A stretch of 62,997 nt of DNA, filler included, from Choristocarpus tenellus KU-1152 (GCA_964200185.2; 14 parts of 14 records of this genome joined end to end with filler, not necessarily neighbours in it); one strand, 5' to 3'; counted from the whole stretch's first letter, positions 12,661-25,130 are shown. A program made the numbers and translations. Notes: generated by a model not told the origin, from the sequence alone.

Positions 12661-13899
12661 TCTTCGAATCTCATCACTCCTAGACCTTCTCACTGCCCAA
12701 GACCGCCTGTTGCCCGAAAACACCATGACAAGTCCAACAACTTGCCCGAGAAAATAGATAAATGTAGATTGGCGTATCTGACAGGGTGGGGGGGGGGGGG
12801 GGCGGTTGCAAAANNNNNNNNNNNNNNNNNNNNNNNNNNNNNNNNNNNNNNNNNNNNTTAATTAATTAANNNNNNNNNNNNNNNNNNNNNNNNNNNNNNN
12901 NNNNNNNNNNNNNCATGAAAAAATTGACCCCAAATGGACAGCCGCCACCCCCTCCCAGATACTTTGAGACTTATTTGTAGCCTTTTCCCTTCAAGTGTGG
13001 TGTGCAGTGACTAGTACGATCTATACAGGGATTGAGCAGGTCCATATTTTGGAGCAGCAATCAAGGAAAAGCACTGTTCTCGACGAGGAAGTCGCCCTTC
13101 AAGGGCTTGATCAGAACTGGGTACTACACAGTGTGTTGAGGGGAAGAGGACAAGGTGATATTGAACGGAGTCATCACATGGGAAGGGTGAGAAGCGGGTA
13201 AGACTACCGCCAGCTTCAAGGTGTTCATGAGGGAACAAAGGGGCATTACTCTGGATGGGAAATTGAGTTAGTGATCCGTGCATCGACAGGGGTTTGACTG
13301 GACCCCCTACTCGCGAAAGACCATCGCTGGACGGGGACCAAGAAGATCAACGACATGGATAACGAACGCGCTGTTAAGAGGACGCGCTTGGCAGTGTCCG
13401 CTTTGTTTGTAGGTTTGGTTGGGTTGCGGAAAACCTCATGAACAACCAACAGTTGCCGAGTGAACCCTTTCAGGTGTAAGGAGAACATGCGCCCAGATAC
13501 GCAAGGGACAGGAAGAACTTTTGCCAAGTCATCGGGAAGGTGAGATTGGGCAAGATGGAGAATCTTCCTTAACTCTTCCTCATGAAGATGGACGACCTAG
13601 ATATAGATGGATGTGGAAGTTATGAGAGGAAAGATGTACAAGGGTGAGATTGAGCCTTCGTCAGACAGTACTGGGGATGGAATATGTAGAGAAGGTGAAA
13701 GATTTAGGGAAGGCCATTCACTATAGAGAACCAACTGGAGTTGGAGAGCTTGACACAGGAAAGGTTTAAACTGAAGTAGAGCTTCCACGAAGATGAGATA
13801 TCCTCTGGAGACCTTAGTTGGGGTACTTGTGACGAAAGGGGGGGGATGTCTCTAGGAAACAGGACATTTGCAATGCTGGGAGTGTGGAGGCGGCCATTT

Positions 13900-15450
13900 T
13901 GCCAACAGCTACCCCTAACTAAGGGACACTGTGAAGTGTTTCATTTGTAAGCGGACTGGCAACAAATCATTAGAGTGCAACAACAAGGGGAGAGCTGGGC
14001 ACTCAGGGAGAGTTACAGGCAGGGGCAGAGACCAAGGAGGGAGCACTTGTGAAGGAGTCAGTGGAGTTAGCAATAGTGATGGGGGTGCTGGAGGGTAGCA
14101 CAGGTGACCTAGACTGGAGGAGTGCGTTGACAAGCGAGTCATGATGGTTGCATAACCAGTCATAGTGCAGTCTCCAACAATCAAAGTTCTGATGGGATAC
14201 ATGTTTGGTATTTGATAGTGGAGCCTCAGAGCACTTTTTACATGATTCAAATCACATGTTGAACTACGAGCCTTGCTCAGGAGCTGTTATAGCGGGGCGT
14301 GGAAGGAAATAGGTGATTGTGGGGTAAGAGGATATTTAAAAGGAGTGCATTTAGGGGCTTGAAATTTGCAGATTTACGAGCAATGATGTTCATGTTGTGT
14401 CTGAGCTTGGGGCGCACCTGCACTCAATGAAATGCCACTTGAGAGGAATAGTTACTCGTGATATTCAACCCCCTCCTGAAGGTGCAGGCTGTGGAAACAA
14501 GCTCACAATTTTTGATAAGGATGAAAATCGATATAGGTTTTCTGAGAGGGGAGAGCAGGATTTGTATACTGTGGGTTCATGTAGGGTGAAGTTAATGAAC
14601 AATTTGTTAGGCAACACCCCAGCCCACAACTCCCGCCTCCGGATTGGGCATTTGATGGCACTTGTGAACTGAAACATTCCCACATTCGTGCACGGGCACA
14701 AGATTCAAGCGCTTGAGACACATGTACAGGGGACTGGTCAAAGAGGTCAACAAGTATTTACGGATCTTACTGGCCTCAAGTCCATTGCTAGCAAGGGGAG
14801 CACGCATCAGTTTGTGATGTTGTGGGAAAATGACAACAAGACACACGTGGTGTGAACTTACTACAAGAGGCACAAGAGAGATACTGTGCCAATATAGAAA
14901 GGGTATAATGCTGGGGTAGCGCTATCAAACAGTTTGAAGATTGGCGCAATTCAAACTGATGGGGGAAGGGAATGCAGTGGTTGGCCCTTTTGTGAAAGTA
15001 CCAGAATAGCATGGGAATAAAGAGGATTTGGTGGTGCCTGGTACACCACAACTGGATGGGGTATCCAAGAGGGGTTTGGAACTGATTGCGGATAAGGTTT
15101 TGGTGTTGATCCATGCTGCCCACCTGGACCAGGATATGCCTTTGTGGGCCGAGGTCTTCACCATGGGAACAGAGCTTTTCCAAAGGTTTCCAACTTTAAG
15201 CTAATGGGGACTGGGCTTTTCCATATGAGGTGTGGCATGGGAAACAGCTGATGCGATATAGTTTCTGGTGTGTGGTACATCAAGGTATGTGCATTTGGGC
15301 CCATATTGGTTCGAGTAAGAGTCAAAATCAGGAGTAAACCAGTGAAGGTGAATGGGGGAAAGAAGATAATGACCGAGGATAATTGGAACAATTATTTTGG
15401 AGGTATTATAGAGGAACTGAAAGGTGATGGGGAGAAACTTTGGCAGAACA
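13900..15450 (+). mobile_element. Degenerate Ty1/copia gag-pol (zinc knuckle, protease, integrase)
   Basis: CFICKRTGNKSLEC (~13937), VFDSGASEHF (~14207), VFTDLTG (~14755), TPQLDGVSKR (~15045) in copia order. Confidence 0.8.
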
Positions 15451-17618
15451 AAACCATTTTTGGGGGGTGGTGTTCCAAAGTTCCTCCCCATCACCTTTCA
15501 GTTCCTTTACAATATCTCCGGATAACTCTTCCAATTTTTAAGCATCAGTATCTTCTTCCCCTTTTTCACCTTCACAAGTTTACTCCTGATCTTGACTCAT
15601 ACTCGAACCAGTATGGGCCCAAGCCGGTAACATCTATGATTACCTTCCTTGATTGATCACAGACCAAGCTGTGTTGGGGGATGATGAGTATCAATTCACT
15701 TAACAGCCTGAAAACTTGGGAGCGGGCGTCACTATTATGAAAGGAACTACTTAGTAAGAAGCAAATTCGGTTTCAGGTCACTTGTTTTCATTTTTTTAAT
15801 TCGAAATTCCAGTTTTGTAATTCACGCTCTTTTCACTGCATCACTAGCAAAGTCCTCACTTTCTATCAATGCTGAGTGGTGTATTGGAAATATATGTATC
15901 CTGTTGTTTAACGGGTACACTCTTCGTCTGCAGGGGAATCCTACCAGCTACACAGGGGCACCTAGAAGTCGTGAGGTCGGTTTGGGCATTTTCCGATCGG
16001 GTTGGGAATAATATCGACCCGATGATGTCAAATGCAGTAACAGATTCTTCTACGTGGTAGGTAGGAACTGAGGGTGGCGTCCCATGGTCTCAGATTCGCA
16101 CACTCCAAAGTCGTTCATGAGATGCAAGTGATCCTGCACAGGGGTATCACAATTGGGGTTCTAAGGACTATGTGACGGGTTGGATCTCAGGGAAGCACAG
16201 GCATGGAAAGAATGTATGCAAGGGGCCAGATGCACAAAAGGGGAGGAAGACAAAGGCTGAGTTGCTATTCTTGAACAAAGCTGCCAAATGTGCTCGGATG
16301 AAGAAGTTGAGGCTGAAGACAACTGAGGAGGATAAAGAGAGCAAGCTGAAGGGAGGAGAATCTCCTTGCTCCCATTGGAACTGAGGGCGATGTCCCACAA
16401 GTTTCAGAGATTGAGGAGGATGAAGATAATGATGAAGAGCAGGAGGAGAGTGTGGACAGAAAGGTGGATGGAGACATGGCAATCGTGTAGAGATAAGAAG
16501 AAATGATGAGCCCCTGTGAGCACAAAAACTTCAATGCTTCAATTATTTCTTCACGGAAATAGACATAAATAAATAAAAAGACCTAGAAGATCAGACCCAC
16601 AAGGTAACATGCATGGGTACATACTTCACCCGTTCAGAATTATTAATATAACATAAATTTTGCAAGCTATATTCTCGACCGGGAATAATGACCCATGTGA
16701 TAAACCCTCCAGACGAGGCTTAGTTCTCATAAAAATTGGGAGGCGTACAAAACTTGAGATAGTGGTCTATCATGACTGCGGAGGATCACCAGTGCAAAGT
16801 CGGCCAATTGCAACAGACATTGTCATAATATATTTTTTTTCTGTTGTTCGGCAGACTGTTACTCAGTTTTTTGGTCTCTGTGAGGATCAATATTCCAGAA
16901 GGAGTTCATTGTGTTGTTCAGGTGTGTGCCTTCTTGAAGCTTGGGCAACTAGTTCTCCCCACCAAAAAACAATGAACCACTTTGTTACACTTTCCATCTA
17001 TGCGAGAGTGTTAAGGAAGAGGATGTTCCCAACACTTGCATATATAAATGACTTGATTAAGTCCTTAATGGGTTGGAAAGGTTGTAGATGAAGTAAGGAA
17101 GAAGGTGAAACGAGGAGTGAACTTTCAAGCCCAAAGGGGGGGGGGCCTTGCCACCAAACCAATCCTATTATATATTNNNNNNNNNNNNNNNNNNNNNNNN
17201 NNNNNNNNNNNNNNNNNNNNTTAATTAATTAANNNNNNNNNNNNNNNNNNNNNNNNNNNNNNNNNNNNNNNNNNNNGCTCTCTACCCTATCACGTAATCC
17301 ACCAGCGGTGTCTATAGTGTATCAGCAGCACTATCAACGAACCAGGTATCCACCCGGGCTACTTGCCCTTGGCTTCGGTCCACTCAAAACTATGAACACT
17401 CATCCCAACCGTCGGTCAGACTTACTCTCTGTTATCTTAGGTACAGGTTTCCGATGAGCCTTGCTAATAGTGCACCCCTTGCAATATTATTGCCACTCCC
17501 CAGCTAAGTAAATTCCACAATCCTTGGCAAACCTACGTACCATCACGTCATGGCAGTGACCAAGTTGCATGTGCATTTGGTTGATATCCACTTTAGTAGT
17601 AGGTCGCATCTCACCACT

Positions 17619-17879
17619 GAGTGAAAGTATCTTGTAGGGTACGAGTTTTGCCCTGTTCGTCCATTTGGGGCTTGGCTTCCCATGGGTTCTTTTATGTAAC
17701 ATTTTCCTACTCCAAAATGGTTCAGAGTAGGTAAAATGTGCACATTACGAAAAGGTGTGTCTGGAACAGGGATATTGACACTTCCTAACAAACACGATAG
17801 CCAAAATCACATCAAAATCGCAACATCGGATTTTGGTCTCCAAATGGACACGGCTATACCCTCCAAGATACTTTGGCTC
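17619..17879 (-). mobile_element. MITE family A (Sola2-like termini), TSD CACT
   Basis: ~23-bp TIRs GAG(TG/CC)AAAGTATCTT.GAGGGTA; 4-bp TSD. Confidence 0.9.
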
Positions 17880-18280
17880 CACTCGGACCCCACGGGGCTG
17901 TGATAAAAGCTCCAGTCTCACCTTGGGCGAGCTCTTCAAGTCCATCATTGTCTGATGTTAGTGCGAGTTGTATATCACCAGTGTCCATACTTGAGGTGAG
18001 CTCCTCCCCCTCAACTGTCCCCCCTGGGACGATGGTATATGCTTTTCTTCCGCCCAGTTCCTCAACACCTACCTCTGACGTTGCAATCGGACTAGTTGAC
18101 CCCCCTGGATTAAACATTGGCGGTGCCATCCTTGGGGTAGGTCCTCCCCTCTCAAAAATCCCCTCTGGGACAATGACATTCACTTTAACCCCCTCAGGGG
18201 GAAGTGTACTCATCGCTACAGCATCCTCCACTGATGTAGTAGCCTCAATCGTCAATCCTTGTCGATCGATATCCCAACCA

Positions 18281-18460
18281 CTCCCCTCTTGGGCGAGATC
18301 GATATCTCTAGCCCCAGTGTGGGCTAGGTCGATACCTCAAGCCTCATCCTGTGCGAAGTCGACTCCTCTAGCCCCTTCCTGGGCAAGGTCGAAACTTCCA
18401 TCCCCATCTTGCGCGAAATTTACGCCCCCAGCCCCCTCTTGGGCGAGGTTGATTGCTGCT
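18281..18460 (-). repeat. Six 30-bp tandem units encoding 10-aa repeats (xDLAQEGAxG) within copia pol
   Basis: Exact 30-bp period; third-position variation in the minus frame. Confidence 0.85.
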
Positions 18461-19020
18461 GTTCCTCCAAGCGCAAATGCCCCATCGGTCTCATCAGGTG
18501 GGTAGGGTGGAGTTGGACTACGTGATGTTGTAGATGTTGTAGGCATTGTCCTCCTAGCCTTCAATGTGAACAAATCAAAATTCTCTCCACGGGTTGAAAA
18601 AAAGGGGAGGTCCAGCTGCTGATGGGGTCAACTTCAAAGAATTTCCCCCCCGCCAAAGAATTTCTCCACCTGATTGACGTCCAGTTTGAACCATTGAGAA
18701 AAGATTGAACTTTATATCTGGAATCTACAACACATTACACAGGAACAAAATCATAAAGCTTCTCATTCTGTATACAACGTAGTGGTAAGGTTCCAACCAT
18801 GGTAGCACGAAGTTTCAGTCCTGTACCAACAGTCACAGACTTTCCACTAACAGGTTGTTGGTCTATTAAAGTAATGGGGTTGTTGGTCATATGGGCCGAA
18901 CATCCAGTATCAAAACACCATACATCATCCCAACTGTTCAATGTTCTCAGCCCTCACCGTCGAGAACCTCCAAGTATCTTCGGCAGTCCATTTTTCCATC
19001 ATTTGCCTTCCCTCAACCAC

Positions 19021-19798
19021 TGTTAGAACATAGGCTACTCATTCGATTTGCTTTGATACGATACAGTGTCGTCAGTCCGTACTGAACGTTGATTTGTCCA
19101 TTGCAATGGTCGCTATTCCCATTAATATAATTACCTCATTAGCTCATCTCGCAACTCACTCAGAAGATCACAGTATATAGCAAGTATAGGAACACTCGCT
19201 ATCACTCATATAGAGATACTATGTTTAACAGTAGCTACGTTAGATACGGGTTGCATAGCATGTGTTGATTCTTATTTTTTACTTGACTGCCATTACCCAC
19301 CCTAAGACATCCTGTTTACTCTGCAACAAGTATATGACACGCGCCGGGATGCAATATAAACAGAGTTAAAAGCATCCTTTGAAACCCTTCCCTGCCGAGG
19401 TGACAATCCTCTTCGCAGAGGATTAATTTCTTCATTTGAGCACCTCAATGAATCACCACACAGTTTCTATTAATCACATTTCGCTTGAGTAATATATGCT
19501 ACAGACGCACCAGTACCCATTTCACTCCAACCAAAGTCTGATTGAGTTGGATACCCCTTCAGATGCACCAGACCGAACCCGCAGGTGTCTTGCTGCACTA
19601 TGACACACACTTTGCCTCTAAACGTGTTAATCACAGCACAACCAACATACCTTCTCATCGAACACTGTCTGACTGAAAACAACAGGTCATCAGACCTACC
19701 AGAACAAATTCATCAGTGCCTTGTTGCGCTATGATCTCCTTCTCGACAAACCAGACACATCACAACAACACACAATTCATACGAATTCAGGTTTTCAA
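19021..19798 (-). mobile_element. Solo-LTR-like insertion, homologous to 25329-26118
   Basis: Both ends match the second copy; CCAC on both flanks if the terminal dinucleotide was lost; removal rejoins gag to the protease frame. Confidence 0.7.
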
Positions 19799-20929
19799 CC
19801 ACGCCTCTTCCTCTGTGTAGTCGCTGCACCACCATCTACAACCTGTTTGGCTGCCACCATAGCTACTGCACGTCCAGTGATTGAAAGTCGAGCTTCCACT
19901 AGACATCAGTGCTCCATTGGGGTTCTCAGTACCACTGTCCATCAACCTCTTGTTCATCCTATAGGTTTCGCAAACCCTCTTCTGAAGTTGCAACCTAGCC
20001 GTTCGAGTCAAATCGGAAATCTGACGTATCTCGACCATATACTCTGCAGCAAAACAGTCGTGAATGACTGTCAGCTGCTCTTCCTCGTCTGGTTCAGCGC
20101 CAAGACTCCGCAACTTCTTCACGAGCTTTTCCATATCTTGAATAATATCAGCAGGATCCGCCCCAGTTGCTAGATGCAATCCATGTGACTTGGTCCTCCA
20201 GATCGCTCATTCCGTGATACCATCTCTTTCGAAACGACCTCTCAGTTCCTGAAAATCTTCAGACGGGTTGTCGTGATTATTGAGAATGTCGAGTGCAAGT
20301 CCACCTACACTCATAACCAATCCAGCCAACGCCATGCTGGCTTCTCGTATTTCCTGGCGTGTCCACGTTGACATGTTGCGTCCTTCAAGGCCCACCCCGA
20401 TGAACATAGGAAAGAGGATAGGTATCGATGCTGAGTTGTCAAAGTGAACGAGGTGCGGAGAGTTGCATTTCAAGGATGCTGCTAAGCGTGTGTAAAAATC
20501 GTCTTTTTTGACAAAACAAGTGTAGGATAATTTCCGAAATTGGTGTCAATTTTTTTCAAACAATAGAGAAACCAACCGTGTCAAGTCAAACTTAGGATTC
20601 ATCCATAGAGATATGGGTGAATTGCAAAAGATAAAAAAAACTTAGTCGAAACAAAATGTAAGAAAAACTTTTTAGAGTTCTAGTTCCCAAGTGTTGGGAA
20701 CATGTCTTTCCTAATGTAGTGAATCAGAATCCAGACCTATAACAGCTGATCACCAAAATGGAGGATGGAGCATTTTATGGAGGATGAGTTTGACCCAAAA
20801 TGGTGCGCGGAAAGTGCCCATATGTTTTTTTTGTAAAGGTTTTGCTGCAATTTTGAAGGGCCCCGCTACGAATGGGAAACCATCCAGAAGGTGGTAGTAG
20901 GACAGTGTGAGGGGGTGACAATGATTTCC

Positions 20930-21700
20930 TTTGATCATCGTGTACATGATTTCGTTGAATGCTATAAGTGTGGCGGTGCAGTGGGCGAACAGGGCAAGGG
21001 GTAGGTGGGAAGCGGTCACGGGACACACACGGCAGGCAGTAGTGAGCAACATGTTGCTGCTGACAAAGACCATGAGGGATAAAAAAGATCAACAACGGGC
21101 TGGCTGATGATGAACCAAACAAAGGAAACACGGCAAAAACTTGGTAGATCAGAAGGGTCATTAGGTGATCATGGAACAACGACAACACTCAACTTACTTC
21201 GGTCCTTCGTTGATCAGAAGAGTCATGCGATCATGGAACAACGACAACACTTCATCACCCACCGTTGGCAATTAGCCTCTCTTCTGCTTGGTTGAACTCC
21301 ATGTAGACCCACATCATGAAAGCGCGTTCGGGATCAAACTCTCTCTTCAACACTGTTATTCTATGGTTTCGTCCAGTGTTCGTCCTTGAATGGCTAGCGC
21401 AGTGTCAGCGGTGAGCTGGTCTCCATTGCCTAAGCAGTCTTGTTGGATGACGATGGACGGAGCAAACTGCTCGAGCCAGCCTTTTTCACGGATAGACTTG
21501 CTGACGTGCGCAAGGCCACGCTGGCTCAGCGGATGCACCATTTCCGTGCATGTGATGTTGCCGAGTTTCATCTTGTACATGCCGATGTAGTGATGTTTGA
21601 GGAGTGAGGACATGCCCTTGGCATTGCTTTCCGATGCTTTCCATCCGTGGGCAGCGCCATCGGCACGCAGGGGGGTCGTTGTTGAGCGAATGTTGGAAAT
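20930..21700 (-). pseudogene. ParB/Sulfiredoxin-like gene copy 2 (exon 1 ~21700-21263, exon 2 from 20961); start mutated and frameshifted
   Basis: Homologous to 11389-11827; phase-1 splice gives EERLIAN-A-FNEIMYTMIK; 1-nt deletion at the DGNHR codons; ATG changed to ATT. Confidence 0.6.
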
Positions 21701-21927
21701 AGCGAAGATTGGGAAGGTGTGACGGGGATAGATAAGAAAGAGCGGCTGGTGGTATGTGCGGAAGGGAAGGAATGGAAATGAGGAGTGAGGACTGGGAGGT
21801 GCTGCTTTATTTCATCTGGTCGGTCGGTGCCCAAAGAACCCAGTTTTCTCTTTCCGTTGATAATCGTGTTCAAAAAAATACGAATATCAAACAGTATACG
21901 ATTATATATATTTAAAACAGAGAGTAT

Positions 21928-22680
21928 CAGTTTTTTGTCACCTTTTCGTTTCGGAACATTTCAAACGTATTAGATCAACGAAGTGTGTGGTTTGTATTTG
22001 TATTTGTTGATATTAAGAATATAATATTATTTTTACTTCATAAAAACCCTAATGCATGTATTTTGCGGTTCAACAGTTTCGGGTGGTCCGACCGATCGCC
22101 CGAAACTCAAAAACCGCTTTTTGTCTACATTTGTATTTTAAATACAAATGTAGACAAAAAGCGAATTTAGTATTTAAAAAAATTGTAGGGTACCAGTTTT
22201 TTTTAACCTTTGAGTTTCGGAACATTGGAAACGTGTAAGACCAATAAAGTATGTGCTTTGTATTTTAAAAAAATGTAAGTACGGATATTATCGGATTTAC
22301 AATTTCTAAAAACCCTAATGCACGTGCTTTGCGGTTCAAGAGTTTCGGGTGGTCCGACGGATCGCCCGAAACTCAAAAAGCGCTTTTTGTCGACATTTGT
22401 AGAAAATACAAATGTCAAACAATAGAAGATTTTGTATTTAAAACAATTAGAGGGTGTCAGTTTTTTTTTACCTTTTGGTTTCGGAACATTGGAAACGTAT
22501 AAAAGATCAATTAAGTATGTGCTTTGTATTTTTAAAAATTGAAGTTACGAATATAATCGTATTTTTTATTTCTAAAAACCATAATGCACGTATTTTACAG
22601 ATCATGGATCTCTGGGTGGTCTGACGGATCGCCTGAGGCTCAAACATCGTTCATATGCCCGGCTTCGAATTCAATTCTAT
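21928..22680. repeat. ~265-bp tandem array (about 2.7 units) with palindromes
   Basis: CAGTTTTTT unit starts at ~21928, ~22194, ~22458; palindrome with perfect 24-bp arms at 22115-22163; GTTTCGGG...CCCGAAAC hairpins. Confidence 0.85.
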
Positions 22681-22881
22681 TGTGCCCAAGACCGACTGTT
22701 GCCTGAGACCAGATTAGAATATAGTTTTTATTTCATCACAACGAGAATAAACGTATTTTCCAGAACACGGTTTTATTTTGGTCCAACAGGTCTCTTGAAA
22801 CTCAAACATCGTACACCCGGCTTCGAATTCAATTCACTCCTAGACCTCACTGCCCAAGACCGCCTGTTGCCCGAAAACACC

Positions 22882-23361
22882 ATGATAGTTGCTCCCACAG
22901 CAAGGAAGGGGGTGGCTTTTGTTGCCTGCGCCGTCCCCTGTGTTGCCCCCGCATCAGCCCACCAACAATGATGCGCTGGAGCTTTCTACCAATGACGCTT
23001 CAGTGACCGGCGCCAAGCTTCGCCGAGAATGGGCTCAACCCATCCCAGTCAACGAACAGGGTGACTGCTGCAAGCGATTAGCCTGTGTGAAGAAGTTCGC
23101 GGAAGATAGCGAGTCCTTCCTTGCCCGCACGTTGACCAAAGAGCAGGACATCGTCCGGGAGTGTGAGAACCGCCGCAATCGCAAGCACTTCGTTGGTGAC
23201 CATGTACCTGTCATTAAGTTGGGGCCTGGAAGCGGATCTATGCTCACGGCTGGCATTCCTGTTTGAACGCAGTTTTTCAAGGCATCGTTCGGATTATCCA
23301 ATCATGTCATCGACGCTTGCAAAGGTACACCTAACACAAGAGCATCCTCCGGCGTGGAGAG
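22882..23361 (+). pseudogene. Probable Sola-like DNA transposase, first exon (frameshift and stop)
   Basis: CACC-ATG at 22882; CCKRLAC...GIPV*TQFFKASFGLSNHVID resembles the Cys-rich VCxxFFxxxxGxS N-terminus of Sola1/Sola2 transposases; GTGAGT donor at 23362. Confidence 0.5.
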
Positions 23362-23888
23362 GTGAGTTTGATGTATGTACACAGTGTTATTTGTGATATT
23401 TCATCATCTATCTCCCCGACACGCTCAGTGGCTTGTCGTACTTAAAAAAGCGACTGCGTGTAACAGCCGATTTCAAAAATTGAGGATGGAACTTTTCATT
23501 GAGGATGGACTTGACCAAAAATTGACTGGNNNNNNNNNNNNNNNNNNNNNNNNNNNNNNNNNNNNNNNNNNNNTTAATTAATTAANNNNNNNNNNNNNNN
23601 NNNNNNNNNNNNNNNNNNNNNNNNNNNNNCATCTTGCCATGCCCCCCAAGATACTTTGACCCAAACACGATAGCCAAAATTACATCAAACTCACAACATT
23701 GGATTTCGGCCCCCAAACGGACGCAGTTCTACTCTCTAAGATACTTTGACTCTATTTTGAGCCCAATCTGGCCAAAAGAATGTGTGGATCTTGGAACTGA
23801 CCTTGGACAATGTGTTGTGTTTCTGGTCCGGATTAGCCTATGGAGCTGTCCTATGATCACAGCACTTACATTACCCAGTATAATGAAC

Positions 23889-24147
23889 GAGTCAAAGTAT
23901 CTTAGAGGGTAGGGCCGCGTCCATTCGGGGGCCGAAATCCAATGTTGCGATTTCCATGTAATTTTATCCTACATATTTGTTAGGAAGTGTCAGTATGCTT
24001 GTTCCAGACACACCATTTCATAACATATACATATTACCTACTCCGAAACATTTTGGAGTAGGAAAAATATCACAAAAAACCCATGGGAAGCCAAGCCCCA
24101 AATGGACAAACAGGGCAAAACTCGTACCCTCTAAGATACTTTCACTC
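23889..24147 (+). mobile_element. MITE family A, TSD AAC (partial copies also at 23663-23752 and 2491-2554)
   Basis: Full TIRs; 3-bp flanking duplication. Confidence 0.9.
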
Positions 24148-24149
24148 AA

Positions 24150-25130
24150 CCTCTCCAGCATTGATCGTCGATAACTAGTTCACCAGGTTTATGCCTTTTG
24201 ACTCGCGTCATCAGTCGGCCAACTCTTGGTGGTTTGCACAGCATTTCTTTTGTGTACATCAAGTGCATTATTCCATCACTGCAGACGTTAACCCATGCCT
24301 TTCGCTCCACTTTTCCCATGCAAATGAAAGCGTGGGATTGGCAGGAAAGAACAACATCCAGGTGGCTTTGAAACACAACGTCATTTGCTGGCTCCGATAC
24401 CTATGTTTTGAGTAACTAATTGAAGTGGTGCCAATATTTTAAGATGTAGAGTTCAATCATGGGGGATTTCCCTGTGCACAATAAATTTTGTAGCAAATTC
24501 ATCATACTTTATCTATTCGTAGGTACATCTGTTGCCCCGAATGGTAGTTAAATGGACCAACTGTTGAGGGGACCTACTCACAATAATTCTACCTCAATAG
24601 AAGTACTTAAAGTGTCTTTCATATTGTTGCGTTCAGAGTGAGTAGTGTAAATATAGCTGCTATTAGTAGGCATGACACGTGTGCGGAGTACTACCAATTT
24701 GTTAAACCCACCGCAGCAATGCTTGTCTAGGAAATACTTGAAAGTGTTTTGTCATATTTGGCCTTCAAGTGGTTGATGAGGTTCCTCTTTAGGTGAACAA
24801 GGCACACTCGGGCAAGTCATCCAGTGTGCAGGGGTGCACACGGAAGCCACTACCTTGTACCATGTCTAGATAGAGGTGACCAGATCCTTGGATGACAGGA
24901 AGGCGTTCATGGAAACATGTTCCTTCATAGAGACGAGAAATAACTTGCAATTGTCGGTATCCTCCTTGCTGCATATCCGAATTACAAGGAGGACATGGTA
25001 AACTGTAGTCGTGAGCCAATTGCCCATCCCAAGCACCATGAAGTCCTGAACCATTCAAGATCCGCATCTGTGAAAGTCGAGTTTTGTGGGGGACAGACAG
25101 AAGTGGGTAGAGTTCCTGAAGCAACATCTG
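24150..25130 (-). mobile_element. Possible degenerate MULE/MuDR transposase
   Basis: SWIM-like FQSHLDVVLSCQSHAF followed by KPPRVGR..TRVKR; heavily interrupted. Confidence 0.3.

Larger units (their letters stand above)
11055..12813. mobile_element. Long-inverted-repeat element (arms ~11055-11140 and 12728-12813) enclosing a 1.6-kb segment homologous to ~20980-22885
   Basis: Inner 28 bp of the arms are a perfect inverted repeat (ATTTTCTCGGGCAAGTTGTTGGACTTGT), outer parts imperfect; right end cut by linker. Confidence 0.75.
17277..20743 (-). mobile_element. Degenerate Ty1/copia element (gag, protease, repeat-containing linker, GAG-pre-integrase, integrase start), interrupted by a solo LTR and a MITE
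   Basis: Gag FQELRGRFE...DPADIIQDMEKL; protease WCFDTGCSAHM; HMQLGH...CKGC; PBS-like GTTATAGGTCTGG at ~20731-20743. Confidence 0.85.

Noticed and set aside
12971-13860. Possible retroelement fragment
   Set aside because: No diagnostic motif recognised
17873-18505. 210-aa plus-strand ORF
   Set aside because: Antisense shadow of the copia linker; synonymous pattern favours the minus strand
19017-19718. CACTG...CAGTG CACTA-like element
   Set aside because: Homology with the second copy extends beyond these points to TG...CA ends, fitting an LTR better
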